Below the pieces are notes generated by a model. It did no database searches and had not been told where the DNA came from. It saw only the letters and a list, made by a program, of their open reading frames with translations. Positions 9,527-21,035 of a DNA stretch of 44,309 nt are shown in pieces. Numbering within the stretch: position 1 is the stretch's first letter; each line of letters begins with the position of its first letter. A program made the position numbers and the translations under genes. The DNA is from Craspedostauros australis (Eukaryota): positions 1 through 44,309 of the forward strand of contig JALAGF010004865.1 in NCBI GenBank assembly GCA_030167865.1, read 5' to 3'.

Positions 9527-11742
9527 ATGAGTCGTAACCACATCTTTGGCAAGGTGTCTGCCACCGCATGGTTGGCCCTGCTTGCGTGCCTCTGCCTCAA
9601 CCCGGCCATCACAGCGCAGGCGCTGGGTGAGGTACATGTGCCGGTTGCATTGCAAGATCAAGTCTCGCGTCAACAGCCAGAGATGGTCGCGGATGTTGCC
9701 ATTGATCAAGTGGATGGATCCGTGCCAAACAATGACGAAGATAGGTTGCCATTCGACAGCATCGCAATAGAAGATGCAGGTGCGCGTGGCAAGGTGAATT
9801 CGTTGGGCAGGATTCTGGACTCGGAGGTGCTGCAAGCAGAACGAAGGCTGGCGGGAGGCAAAAAGCACGAGAATGCCCCCAGCGAGGAGGGCGGCAAGGA
9901 AAAAGAACAGGCGCCAACCGACGCACCGGAATCGACCGAACCCCCGACAGAGACTGCCGAACCAACAGAACCAGCAGGCGAATCAGAACCTACAGGGCAA
10001 CCGACGAAGCAAAAGACTGCCAAGGCTCCGAAACCTGCTCCTGCAGGGGATGCCGAACCAACAGAACCAGCAAACGAATCAGAACCTACAGGGCAACCGA
10101 CGAAGCAAAAGCCTACCGAGGCTCCGACATCTGCTCCCATCGACGTGTTCGGAGCCGGAGGTGGTACCCCTTCTGAGACGGAGCGCAAAGAAGAAGGTTC
10201 GCAGAGCAACTCTGACTCGGAGCCACCAGCATCAGTGCCGACTGGAATCAATGGGGGTGGACACACCCCCGACGACACCACGCCACCGCCGACGCCAGCA
10301 GGGAAGGAAGGAGTGGACACACCCTCACCGGCTCCCACAAACGCGACCGAAACGACAACGGAGCCACCAACAGTCAATGACACGACTTCAGATAACCAAT
10401 CAGCCGTCGACAGTGCAGGCGGGGGCGATAGTTCTGGTGACGGAAGCGGTGGCATGGTCAAATGGATCTTTTTTCTCATGCTTTTCGGCGGTGGTGCAGC
10501 GTACTACGTGAAAACACGCATGAATTTTGGCTCTCCGCCTGGTGCGGGCGGAGTTGGAACCGGCGGAAAGTATCGGAAAGTGTAAGTCAGGCCGTGGCGT
10601 GCGTGCGCGCGTCCATGCAATTGCGCATGCGTCTGTGTCTGTGAGAGTTTGTACATGCTTGTGCGAAGGTGTAAAGCAGATGAGCAACGCATGCGCCAAA
10701 CATGAATATTCCACTGTTGGTCCATTTGCTATTGCCGCTGCTGTTGTTTTTGTTGCTGTCGAAAGCGTTCCTTCACGAAAGTGCCGTCCGGCTCAGAGCA
10801 GTCCATCCGCACCCATTGTTTCATCGGCATCAACTTGGCAACATCAAAATCAAGCCAAGGAATTCCAATGCGCTCACACTCACTCTGCACGATCCTTCCT
10901 TTTCTGTGATGCGTCGCTCTGTATCGAACTAACCGCCATACAGTGCAACTCTGGATAAGGACACAAGCAGCGATAACGGCCTCGACGATGAATGGGGTTG
11001 GGATGATCCCAACAGCAACAGCCTCGTGGCCGGTGGAGGCAGCGGCCAGGTGGAGCTACCATCCCGATCCTCGCTCGACTTGAAGCAAAGATCGTTTGGG
11101 TCGCAGCATCAGCAGAAGCAAAACAATTTGTGGGACAGCAGTGGCCCAGCCACAACGACCTCGAACGCGCCGATATCCAAGCTCGCAAGTCCCAAATCCT
11201 CGGCAGCACCATCGTCCGCAACAAAGATGGGACTTTCGCTTGGACGGAGCGCTCCTGGCCACACTCCATCCTCATCTTTGCCCACGGCTGCAACACCTGC
11301 AGCACCGCCAATATCGTCCTTCGCATCGACGACGGCGGCCTGGGGCCGAGGCCAGGCAGTTACAAGCTTCGGTCAGATAAAGAAGGCCCCTCCCAAGGCC
11401 AAACCCGAGCCTCAGGATGACATCTTTGCCTCAATGGGACTTGCAGCCACCCCCACATTCTCGCACCCATCATCCAGCGGGAGCGGCGCCGCGAAACCCG
11501 CTGTTTCGAAGCCGATGGGTGGCGGACGATGGGCAGCGGCTGCTGCCACAGCCACAACAACAACCGCAGCGGCATCGACAATGTCTGGCATGTCACTGAA
11601 AGCAGCATCAGGATCGACAACAGCGGCCACATCCTCGCTCGCTGCCGCTGCCGGAACTGCAGATCTGAGCACCGACAACACCGGCGGCGATGACGATGAT
11701 TGGGGAGATGACGGAGATCTCGACGACCTTCTCGACCTGTAA
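9527..11742 (+). CDS. Spliced type I membrane protein (exons 9527-10581 and 10944-11742): signal peptide, RXL motifs, P/T/E-rich mucin-like ectodomain, TM helix, S/A-rich cytoplasmic tail with acidic-Trp motifs
   Basis: Donor GT|gtaagt at 10582, branch-like ctaac at 10929-10933, acceptor cag at 10941-10943. The phase-2 join reads YRKV-ATLDKDTSSDNGLDDEWGWDD, in frame with the 11026..11742 ORF. Signal WLALLACLCLNPAITAQA; TM MVKWIFFLMLFGGGAAYYV. Confidence 0.75.
9956..10111 (+). repeat. Intragenic 60-bp direct duplication (AEPTEPA.ESEPTGQPTKQK x2, 96-bp period)
   Basis: gccgaaccaacagaaccagca..cgaatcagaacctacagggcaaccgacgaagcaaaag at 9956 and 10052, with 2 mismatches. Confidence 0.9.
10582..10943 (+). 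other. Spliceosomal intron (362 nt, GT-AG)
   Basis: gtaagt donor, ctaac branch motif and cag acceptor; removal fuses two ORFs in frame. Confidence 0.7.
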
Positions 11743-12269
11743 AGCTACACCCCATCGTGCGGGCGAAACGATCAGACACTGGGCAAAAGTATCCGTGGAG
11801 CGTAGGATTCTGTTTCGAATAAATTTTAGATCCTGTTACCAGTGTAGGTGGAACCAAGCAAACTACGAGCAGGAACGATCAGAGCATTTAGTGCATGTTT
11901 CAAGTGGATTATTCCGAAGCGATGGATGCAAATGTATCTTCGCCTTACGACGCACGCGCTCGATGCGGCGATTTGAGCGATCCGACAGTCCCTCCCCAGT
12001 CCACACGATGCGACCGAGAAAGCAGAAGTGTACCCAGCACTTTCATCACAACCATTCTATGATAATATATAATATAGTACGTACATCCCAATCACTCTGG
12101 CCAACGTCACCGTGTACCAATGGAGCGCGTGCAAACATCTCAGTGTAGCTCGCACTCCAGTATGCTCGTAAAAGTATGAGTACGAATACGAGGACTCGAC
12201 GCACGTCATCCCGCTGAATGATCCACCGAAGCATATGTAACAAAATTGCCCTCTTCAACGATGGTGAGC

Positions 12270-13892
12270 TCAATCATCTCGTCCCATCGACACATCCATG
12301 AATCCATCCTCCACCCTCTCCATTGACTCCTTCTTGGGCACGTTCACCCTCCTCGCGAGGTTGCGGAACGCCATCGCGATCTTTGCGCAAGCGATTTTGT
12401 CGGAGACCTCGACCCACAAACCTTTGCCATCCTTCGTGCGTTCTAAAAATCGAGCGCCGGTATTGTGCAGATCTTGCAAGATTCCGGCGGATATCGCCGT
12501 CTTGCCCGTGCGATCCGATTGCGGCACTCTCTGGTATCGTTCAAAGTGACCCTCGATCATGTCAGCAAAGTGCATGTTGCCGGGGTAGCTCTGTCGCGCG
12601 GATCCACGCCCCATCAGGACGTCGTTCTCCATCGGCTGCGTGATGCCCTCCCCCCGTTCGAGCCGCGCCGTGCGATCCAACCAATCCTCCTGCATCTTCC
12701 TGGCCTCGTAGTCCCACAAATCATTGAAGCGACGTTGCAGCAGGTCTCGTTTGAGATTGCCGTTTTCGTCGAGCGGGAAGGTATCTTTTTGTATGCCGAA
12801 GGAATTGAGGATGTACTGGCATTCGAGATGAGATCCGGAATGGATCTTCGTCCGGCTGCGCACATCCTTCGGAGCCGCTTTGAGGAGGACGGAGAAGACC
12901 CGCTTCATGAGCGGGTGGCTGAAGCAGAAGTGCGCCCCCGTGACTCTGCCGGGCATCGAATCGAATGCGACGTTTCTGGATTCCCTGGCCAGCTCGCGCT
13001 GCAGGTTCGACAGCTTCGTATCGAGCGGATAGAGCACGGGAACGGAGCCGCGGCGTTGCGATTCTGTGCTCGCGCGTTCGAACGCCTGCATGCAGAGGTA
13101 CCAGAAGGACCTTGCCAAATTGCCATCCTCCTTCATGGTGTCCCCGCGGTACTTGAAGGCATTGACGATGAGGACGCGGCCCGTGATATCGCAGCAATCG
13201 GGAAAGACCTGGAAGCATCCCGTTTGGAGGACCGCCTGGTCCTGCGGCGTGAGATCCGTCCATCGCAGCGGCCTCGCGAGTTTGCCAAAGCCAAACACCT
13301 GCATCTTGTGCCGAAAGTGCTCCACGATGCGATTCGCCGCCTTGCGCGCATCGAAGAGCTCGCTGCGCAGGAACATGAGGCGGAAGGCCTTGTCGGTGAC
13401 GTAGGTCTGCGAGATGAGATGGGCGCGATTGTAGGCCTCCTTGGACTGTATCCTCTGTATCTGGTCCTCCATCTCTTTCAGCTTGGACTCGACGAACAGC
13501 GGCGAGGCTTCTTCGTCCACCAGCCGGCCCACGCCGTGCACGTCCTCGTAGACGGTGTCGCGCTCCTCGAACGTCATGTTGTTGAGGTCGTCCGACAGGA
13601 GCTGTTCTATCTCCGTGATCTCGTGCTGATGGCGCTTGCGCTGACCGTGCGTCCGCGGCGCCGTGCTGCAGCAGCTGGTGGGGAAGCATCCGCTGGCCGG
13701 CGATGATGTTTGCGAGACAGCCGGTACCACCGCGTTGCCAAGGCCCGTGCTGTCATCGTACATGTGCATGGGAGGGGTCATGCAGCACATCGGGCCGCCG
13801 CCACTTCCGCTGCTGCTGCTGAAGCTCGTGCAGGAGGACGCATCGTCCCTGTTGGTGGAGCGCTCGGGGCCATGGCCATGCTTGCGTTTCAT
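12270..13892 (-). CDS. Diatom-type protein with CRAL-TRIO-like central region and C-terminal DUF6824-type domain
   Basis: Central FRLMFLRSELFDARKAANRIVEHF. C-terminal PMENDVLMGRG..YPGNMHF..KTAIS..GARFL..WVEVSDKIACAKIAMAFRN matches the DUF6824 pattern as recalled, not by search. First ATG at 13892; the track starts at GTG 13958. Confidence 0.85.
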   Translation of the reverse strand: MKRKHGHGPERSTNRDDASSCTSFSSSSGSGGGPMCCMTPPMHMYDDSTGLGNAVVPAVSQTSSPASGCFPTSCCSTAPRTHGQRKRHQHEITEIEQLLSDDLNNMTFEERDTVYEDVHGVGRLVDEEASPLFVESKLKEMEDQIQRIQSKEAYNRAHLISQTYVTDKAFRLMFLRSELFDARKAANRIVEHFRHKMQVFGFGKLARPLRWTDLTPQDQAVLQTGCFQVFPDCCDITGRVLIVNAFKYRGDTMKEDGNLARSFWYLCMQAFERASTESQRRGSVPVLYPLDTKLSNLQRELARESRNVAFDSMPGRVTGAHFCFSHPLMKRVFSVLLKAAPKDVRSRTKIHSGSHLECQYILNSFGIQKDTFPLDENGNLKRDLLQRRFNDLWDYEARKMQEDWLDRTARLERGEGITQPMENDVLMGRGSARQSYPGNMHFADMIEGHFERYQRVPQSDRTGKTAISAGILQDLHNTGARFLERTKDGKGLWVEVSDKIACAKIAMAFRNLARRVNVPKKESMERVEDGFMDVSMGRDD

Positions 13893-14717
13893 TGTGTTGT
13901 TGGGACTAACGATGGCAGGGGGCGGTCGATTGGTGATGTGCGGCTTGTCTTTGGACACAACGGAGGAAGATGGTCGAGCAGGAGCTGTGATTGGAGCTAT
14001 GATCAGAGCTGGAGTTGGTGTTCAAATGGAAGTCTGGATGCGAATGGGATGAAGACAGAATGCCCTCTTCTTGGAAGATGGCGAAGTGCGGCATCGATCA
14101 TCGACGAATGGAGAGACAAGACGCGCGCCATGGATCAGGGCGCGGCGCGAACGACGCTGCAGAATCACGACACTGGAAACAGTCACCAACATCCACAGCG
14201 GCCGATGTCGTGGCAGATGTCGTGCGCCAAATGAAAGACAATTAATCACATCATACGCCCTCGATCAAATGATAAAAGACCGAAAACCATCACGGACAGC
14301 GCGTTCCGCAAATGTTGTTAGCACTCTTGGGTTGATACAGGATGGAACAACAACCCAAAGTGGCAATGGAGTGATACAAGCCACCGGTGCCACTATTCTG
14401 TATCATCGCCTTCACAACTACTCGTGCTCACGTACAAGCAGTGACGCACAAATCAACCGATAAATGACTCAGAAAGCCCTTTTGTGTTCGAATGATTCGT
14501 GGCACGATACGTGTATCATCTCCATGCAACTAAATGTGTATTAAGTCCATTTCCCTCGTCTCCTAGGAAGATGCCAACAATGACAGAATTCGTGTGTTGG
14601 AAGGCAACCCCATGCTCGATGCTGGAGAGCATGGCATTGTACCATACGTACGAACACGAACTACAATATTATGCATCCTTGTGCAGATAACACGCACTCG
14701 CACGTCGCCTGCATATC

Positions 14718-15806
14718 CTACTCATCGGCGTCGCGTTTGGGATGGGTTGGGGCGATGTAGTCAAAAGGAATGTCTGCGGAGATCTTGTCCCTGATGAAGT
14801 CTGGCGACCAGCTCAAGAATCGGAAAATAACCCTTGCGTCAAAGCCGATCCATTCAGCTGATGGCATGTTCTTGATGTCAGTCTCGACAAGCCTCTCGAG
14901 AACCTCAACGACCCTGTTGGCAGACTGGCTGTCATCGTCGGCGCCGAGATCGTAATTTTTGATTTCTTGTTGCGTCACATTTTCAATCCTCTTCAGATCG
15001 AACAGCTGTTTCACACTGTCTGGCGCGTTCTCTCGATTTGCGCTGACCCTCGCAAAGTAGTCAGGGATCATGTCTGTCCTCGCGCCACCAGGACGAAGCT
15101 TGACAACGCGGATATTCAACTTGCTCAGCTCGATGCGGAGAGCGTCGCTCCATCCTTCCATGGCATGCTTGCTGGCACAGTACGCCGAGTTTCTGGGCCA
15201 TACCACCTTGCCACACACAGAGCTCAGATTGAGGATCCGACCACCCTCCGACAGCGACTCGGATGTCTCGATCATGTGCGGTAGCAACGCCTTCGTCACG
15301 CGCAGGCAGCCGAAGAAGTTGACGTCCATGACGCGTTGAAACGATGAGATATCGCGGAACCAGACAAAATCGCCAGGATCGACGATGCCGGCGTTGTTCA
15401 CGATGGTGTGCAACACGACTTCGGGATTGGAAACCATGCCCGCCACGGCCTTCTCCAGGCTGGCGATGTCGGTATCCGAAGTGACATCGCACTTCATGGC
15501 AACGAGACGACCAGGAACCAGCTTGCCGAGTGCAATGGCGCTTTCTTGTTTCAACGTGAGCGCCAGGATGATGTACCTTGGGTTGTCGCTCAGTTGCTCG
15601 ACAAGCAACCGGCCGAAGCCACGGTCGCAACCCGAAACTACGATCAACCGCTTGCGCGTATCATTCGGGTCGATCTTGCCGCTTCTAGATCCTGCCTTCC
15701 CAAGGACAAGATGAGCGGCAATGACAGCCATACAAATAAATGCGATGGCGTTGGCCGTGCCGGCCTCCGTGAAAACGGGAGGAATCCAGGAAAGCGATGG
15801 GACCAT
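14718..15806 (-). CDS. Short-chain dehydrogenase/reductase, SDR9C-like (retinol/17beta-HSD/BDH1-type), N-terminal membrane anchor; paralog 1
   Basis: VVSGCDRGFG glycine motif, IVNNAG, VNFFG, NLSS, catalytic YCASK and LRPG. Likely ATG at 15806. Confidence 0.92.
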   Translation of the reverse strand: MVPSLSWIPPVFTEAGTANAIAFICMAVIAAHLVLGKAGSRSGKIDPNDTRKRLIVVSGCDRGFGRLLVEQLSDNPRYIILALTLKQESAIALGKLVPGRLVAMKCDVTSDTDIASLEKAVAGMVSNPEVVLHTIVNNAGIVDPGDFVWFRDISSFQRVMDVNFFGCLRVTKALLPHMIETSESLSEGGRILNLSSVCGKVVWPRNSAYCASKHAMEGWSDALRIELSKLNIRVVKLRPGGARTDMIPDYFARVSANRENAPDSVKQLFDLKRIENVTQQEIKNYDLGADDDSQSANRVVEVLERLVETDIKNMPSAEWIGFDARVIFRFLSWSPDFIRDKISADIPFDYIAPTHPKRDADE

Positions 15807-17627
15807 CGTGACTGGTATTATGTATTCTTGTTCGTTTGTTGCTTTTGTTGTCAGAGCATTATGAAGATAGCATGAAGCGTCGCATGTTGTATATGATCGC
15901 ATCAGTTGAAGCGAGATAAATGGTAGAAGTAGATGAAGTGAGACGAAATGGGTCACAATGAATGAAGCAGCAAGAGTTCACCACTTTGCTGGAGAAACGT
16001 CTGGCGGATAGCAATTGTACCCCGCCACACCAACTCCTTGCCAACTCCGCAATGATGTACCGTAATGCGCAAAGGACGCCCAACCACGAAGATAATCATG
16101 CTGGTACTCTGCTCACCTTTGCGATCGCTCTGTTGCTTCGATTTGTGAGAGAAAGAAGAGCACGCTCTCAGAGTTGCGCTCTCACTGTCTGTCTTTGGCA
16201 CGTGGGCGTAGTGAGGTTCTTGCGTTGTGTTGTGTTGCGTTGCATCGCAAGAGCCGCATCTCGGCACTGCAGTCTCAATGAAGTCCATCGACCATGCTGT
16301 GCTTCCGCTGCCTTGCACTGTACGAGCCGTGAAGGCTCCATCCGAAGTTCGGAAAGTCAACGGCAGGCGTGCATTCTTTCTTCCCTTTCATCCAAGTGAA
16401 GATTCTGCTGCCATCGTCAGCGCTCGTTTCATTGGTTCTGGTCTGGTGGTTTCGCGGAGGTCAGGGAGCTTTGGCCTCCTCGTTCACGAGTGGCCAAGCT
16501 TATTTGAGGTGGAAGAATGAGTCTTTGATGGACAGTTTTGGTGGCAAAAAATGATGCGTTTACCAGAATCATTGTCCGCGCCACCAAGAGAGGAGACTCG
16601 TCAAGGCGAGCAGATGCAAGTGTAACTGAACTGAGCTGGACGCCACACTTGTGTCCAACGCTGAAGGTCCGTAACGCGAGTACAGAACTTTGATCGGGAA
16701 AGAGTCATACGCTTGTCTTGTTTCGCACCAATCCTTTGGGCCGAATTCCTCCGCATTACCATCCTCCATCTTTTTCATCGTCTGATCTTGAGCTCTGTAC
16801 TGGCCCGCATAGTCGTAGCACATCGGTCGCGACCAATGACGATCTAATGCATGGACGCATGGGTATGCTGATCCTGGATGGAAACAGAGGATGTTGTCTT
16901 TGCCGCTTTCTTCTGCTGTGTGGTCAGCAATAGTTGCATTGGGGCGTCTCCGTCCACCCCATCTTTGTTGTTGTTGATGTGTGTTTGGTGAAATGAGTCC
17001 TGGATACGTTTGTTGTCGATTGAAACACGAGTGGTGTCATCATCGTCATCATCGTCTCCACAAAACACGAGAACTGCCTCCGACATCCACCGACGAAGTC
17101 ATCGTGGAGGATTCGTCACATTGTGGATCCGCCCATTGTGGTCGTTCGATGACATCCAACTGCCGAAGAACTGTATCGATCGGAGTAGTATCACGGTTGA
17201 CTCCCCCAAGACCATCACAGAGGGATGTGCCTACTCAGATTACACAAACAATGGTATCACATGAAGAGGCACAACTGCACAGCGTGGCCAAGTTGGGCAT
17301 CATCGAAAGTCGTATCGTGCGAGCGAGCGAGCGAGCTGGCCGGCTTCGGATCGTGATGTGGCTGTCCACGATCGTACCATGCCATGGTGGAACTGCGCAA
17401 GTCCATGAAGGCGTGTTGACTGACGACACGTTGCTTCATGATCAATGCACAGGATCATGGAACGGAGGACAGCAAACTTCAGCAGATGAGCTCACAATCG
17501 ACATCCAAGCTCAACTGATTTGGGACGACACACGCTACCAGCTCCACTCGTACGATTGGACCACCACCAACAACAATCAGCAACAGGGACGACCACCAAC
17601 AGCAACAACAGCGACAACAAGAAAAGG

Positions 17628-18911
17628 ATGACCCCCAACATGGATGCTGTCGCCAACACCAATACCAACAGCGATTCTGGTTCAGATTTCAAGACTTTCT
17701 GGAAACAGCTCCATGGAAAAGAGCTGTCACCGAAGATCGTGTTCAATGTGCAGCGCCTACTAGCGAAGCGGATCGACTGCTACAGTGTCACACCCAAGCG
17801 GATGGAATACTGGGACATGGCCATCGAAGCGGGATTCACTTTTGATGACTTGGAGTCGATGAAGCGGCAGCACAAGCACGTTGCATTATCACCTCATGTT
17901 CTACTGAGCAATTGGCTTCGCAGGGGCTGCGGGCGGATGAGCATTGGATCCCTGTATCTGGAATTCGGCACCATTGACCAATTCGGAGAAGAAGATAAGC
18001 GAGCGATTCGCTTCGTACTTCGATTGGCTGTCCAACACCCACCCGAGTCCACATCCGGCCGGGGTATCCGCTTGACTCAATGCTTCATGAAGATGAAACA
18101 GCTCCACGATATCCCTCTTGTGATGCATCATGTGCATTTGCATTCATGTGATCTTGTTGGTTGCGACACGCTCATGTTCAACATCTCCCAAAACTCGAAA
18201 TACGTTGAGTTTCGAAACTGTAAGCTTGCCGATGGGGGCGCTGATTTGTGCAGATGGCTGTCTCCAAACAATAGTCGCGTCACCGAAATATCATTTTTAC
18301 GCAACTGTATCAGTTGCGATAGCTTGGCAAAGCTATTCCAGTCAAACAAGCGCATCAACAAGCTCGACATCATGTTCTGTCGGGTCTACGACGGACAACA
18401 CATCGACCAGATCATCAAGGTCCTTTCAGATGCATCACACCTGAGGGAGCTCAGGGTTTACGACAATTGGGACAGGTCATCGCGACAAGGGCAGACGGCA
18501 AGGTTCGACACTTTGGTATCGCTTCTGGGAAACAATGGCTTGTCATCTCTCACATACTGTGACTTCTTGGATCCCGGCATGTTTGAGGTTCCGCCTGAGA
18601 CCCTCTCGGCACAAATGGAAGCACTTCAGCAAGCCTTGGAGGAGACTACCCAACTCACCTATCTCGACATTTATCCACTCCCGCCTGATGAACATGTCCA
18701 TTTGTACAATGCGCTTGTTGAACGTATCTTGAAGCGAAATCATTGCAACAAGGTGAGAGCGGTGCTGCATTCCCTTCAGACATGGTCGCGGCCACTGGCC
18801 CTGTTTGGGAAGATGCTGACGACAAGAAGCCGGCGTTGGGGTCCAATGGGTTCCACGAACGAGACTTTCCATCTTCTGTTGCAGTGCGGTGAGCTGTTGG
18901 AGCGGACATGA
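17628..18911 (+). CDS. RNI-like/degenerate LRR protein, paralog A1 (427 aa)
   Basis: ATG at 17628 is in a similar context to the other paralog starts. Periodic strands VHLHSC, YVEFRNC, VTEISF, INKLDI, LRELRV, LSSLTY and LTYLDI alternate with amphipathic helices (LAKLFQSN, LQQALEET). The fold assignment is an inference. Confidence 0.8.
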   Translation: MTPNMDAVANTNTNSDSGSDFKTFWKQLHGKELSPKIVFNVQRLLAKRIDCYSVTPKRMEYWDMAIEAGFTFDDLESMKRQHKHVALSPHVLLSNWLRRGCGRMSIGSLYLEFGTIDQFGEEDKRAIRFVLRLAVQHPPESTSGRGIRLTQCFMKMKQLHDIPLVMHHVHLHSCDLVGCDTLMFNISQNSKYVEFRNCKLADGGADLCRWLSPNNSRVTEISFLRNCISCDSLAKLFQSNKRINKLDIMFCRVYDGQHIDQIIKVLSDASHLRELRVYDNWDRSSRQGQTARFDTLVSLLGNNGLSSLTYCDFLDPGMFEVPPETLSAQMEALQQALEETTQLTYLDIYPLPPDEHVHLYNALVERILKRNHCNKVRAVLHSLQTWSRPLALFGKMLTTRSRRWGPMGSTNETFHLLLQCGELLERT

Positions 18912-19170
18912 GATGACAAGAGAGCGGATCGGCTCGTCCGAGCTGATGGTGCTTCTGCTTGCGGTGTGGAAAAGAAAGGCACATCGATGGTTGATGCGAT
19001 CCTGCATTGCCTTGGAGTACTCTGGTCGTAGAGTAATTAGAACGGCTTATGAAGACAGGATTGATACTCTGGTGCATGTGAGTGTATTGTTGTACGAGTG
19101 GGATGGAACAAGGGAGATGGTGGGTGATTGTGATTGCGTGTTGTGGTTGGTGAGAAGTATGGAATGTCTA

Positions 19171-20079
19171 TTAACAGCAAACGAAAGCGTCCACGGAACC
19201 TATCTGCGCCACATCACGATGAAGAAGGACACATCCCGGAACTTGGCCAACGGCCCCAAGGAGGTCTCCAGATATCTCAGCAGACCAATCAGCCTTGGCT
19301 GTGGTGGTCGTGATGTCCATGATGCTCGTGATGGTGGACCATCGCTTGTCCTTGTATTCTGTCTGCAGAATATCTTCGAGGCTGTTCTCGCCATTGCCTT
19401 GTTCATCGCACTGCATATAGTATTGCCGAATGACGTTGACCATACAGTTGGCATCTTGGATGGCCTGATTGGCGCCCTGTCCCAGGAATGGTGGCATGGC
19501 GTGCGCCGCATCACCGCAGACAGTCAGGATGGCGACCTTGTCTGCGCCGGTGCTTCCATTGCGGTTGCAGTTGCGATTTCCGTTGATGGCCCTCATCGCC
19601 TTGGTCCATCGCGCAAAGGGATTGTGGAAGTAGATCCCCAACTCGAAGAAAGAATCGGCATTGTCCATGAGTCGATCGATGATGAGCCTTGTGGTGTGTG
19701 TGGGGATCTTGGCATCGTCGATCTGCTGTCACATCTGTTGCTGGATGCGTTTGGCCTCGGATGATGCCTTCCAAGCGACGGTCTCGTCGTTGGTGTCGAT
19801 GGCGTCAGTTTTGCTGACGGTCTCGAAATTTGCGCCAAGGAGAGACCGGCGATGCCACCACCGATAACTGCGACCTTCCGTACTGGTTGGTGATTCTCAT
19901 TCCCATTCCCATTGCTGCTTCGCTTCTGCTGCTTCACTTCTGCGTTGGAGTGAAGATGACGGGGATGGTGATGACAGTGTCTTCGTTGTCACCACCATGC
20001 ACGCAATGTAGATGGCACCGATCATCCTCTTTTGATGCATCAACCACGTCATTGGTGTCATTGATGCCAATGCCGCCAT
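19171..20079 (-). pseudogene. FAD-dependent monooxygenase (salicylate hydroxylase/zeaxanthin epoxidase-like, class A flavin monooxygenase) pseudogene F1
   Basis: RKVAVIGGGIAGLSLA (GxGxxG) and VCGDAAHAMPPFLGQGANQAIQDA (GD fingerprint) lie in different frames only ~350 nt apart. Multiple frameshifts; central domain and C-terminal end are deleted. Confidence 0.85.
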
Positions 20080-20751
20080 TGCTGTGATTCCTCTGGTTGC
20101 GGCTGTCTCTGTGGTTGCGCAATCATTGAGTGAGGAATCAAGTCAACCAGCCGGCATTGTTCGAAGCCTCTCTCTCGAAGCAGAGAGGGAGAGACGGAGC
20201 ATTGGCATGCTCTGTGAATAGATACTTGATGGCAACGGTGATCATCATGTGAGCATTGCGGTTGTGACGATCTGCATCAGTATTCTACAGCGATGTCTGC
20301 AGCAGCACCACCACGGTCATCGTCATCGCCACAGATTTCGCAATGATTGAGTGAGGCGAGATGAGTCCTGGATACGTTTGTTGTGAATTGAAACACGAGT
20401 GGTGTCGCCATCGTCGCCATCATCGACCTCGCAACAAAACGTGAGAAACGCCTCTGATGTCCACTGAAGAAGTCATTGTGGTGGGTTCTTCACATCATGG
20501 AACTACCCATTACAGTCGTTCGATCACATCCAACTGCCGAAGTATGTATAGTATGTATTCATATGGCACAATGGTTGACTCCCCCAAGACCATCACAGAG
20601 GGATGTGCCTACTCAGATAACACAAACAATGGTATTGCATGAAGAGGCACAACTGCACAGCGTGGCCAAGTTGGGTATCATCAAAGGTCGTATCGTGCGA
20701 GCGGGCGAGCTAGGCAGCTTCGGATCATGATGTGAATATCCACGGTCGTAT

Positions 20752-20810
20752 CATACCATACCACACCATACCACAACGCACCACAACGCACCACACCACA
20801 CCATACACAG
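20752..20810 (+). repeat. Degenerate pentanucleotide (ACCAT/ACCAC) microsatellite in the upstream block, length-variable among units
   Basis: cataccataccacaccataccacaacgcaccacaacgcaccacaccacaccatac here; different versions at ~17376, ~25668, ~30458 and ~33961. Confidence 0.8.
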
Positions 20811-21035
20811 TGGTGGAACTGCGCAAGTCCATGAAGGCGTGTTGACTGACGACACGTTGCTTCGTGATGAATGTACAGGATCATGGAATGGAGGACAGCA
20901 AACTTGAGCAGATGAGCTCACAATCGCCATCCAAGCGCAACTGATTTGGGACCACATACTCTGCCTGCTCTGCTGCTGTGCAACCAACACTATCGACAGC
21001 CCCCACCATAAACAGCATCGACAACACATAGCAGG

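Noticed and set aside
12465-13706. 413-aa + strand ORF and 322-aa alternate minus-frame ORF
   Set aside because: Shadows of the GC3-rich DUF6824 gene.
16569-16823. Short minus-strand ORF with hydrophobic C-terminus (GPI-anchor-like)
   Set aside because: Only 84 codons with no upstream exon or signal peptide identified; may be a relic but cannot be supported.
18889-19764. 291-aa + strand ORF after A1
   Set aside because: Mostly antisense to monooxygenase pseudogene F1, and not maintained as one frame in the homologous region after A4.
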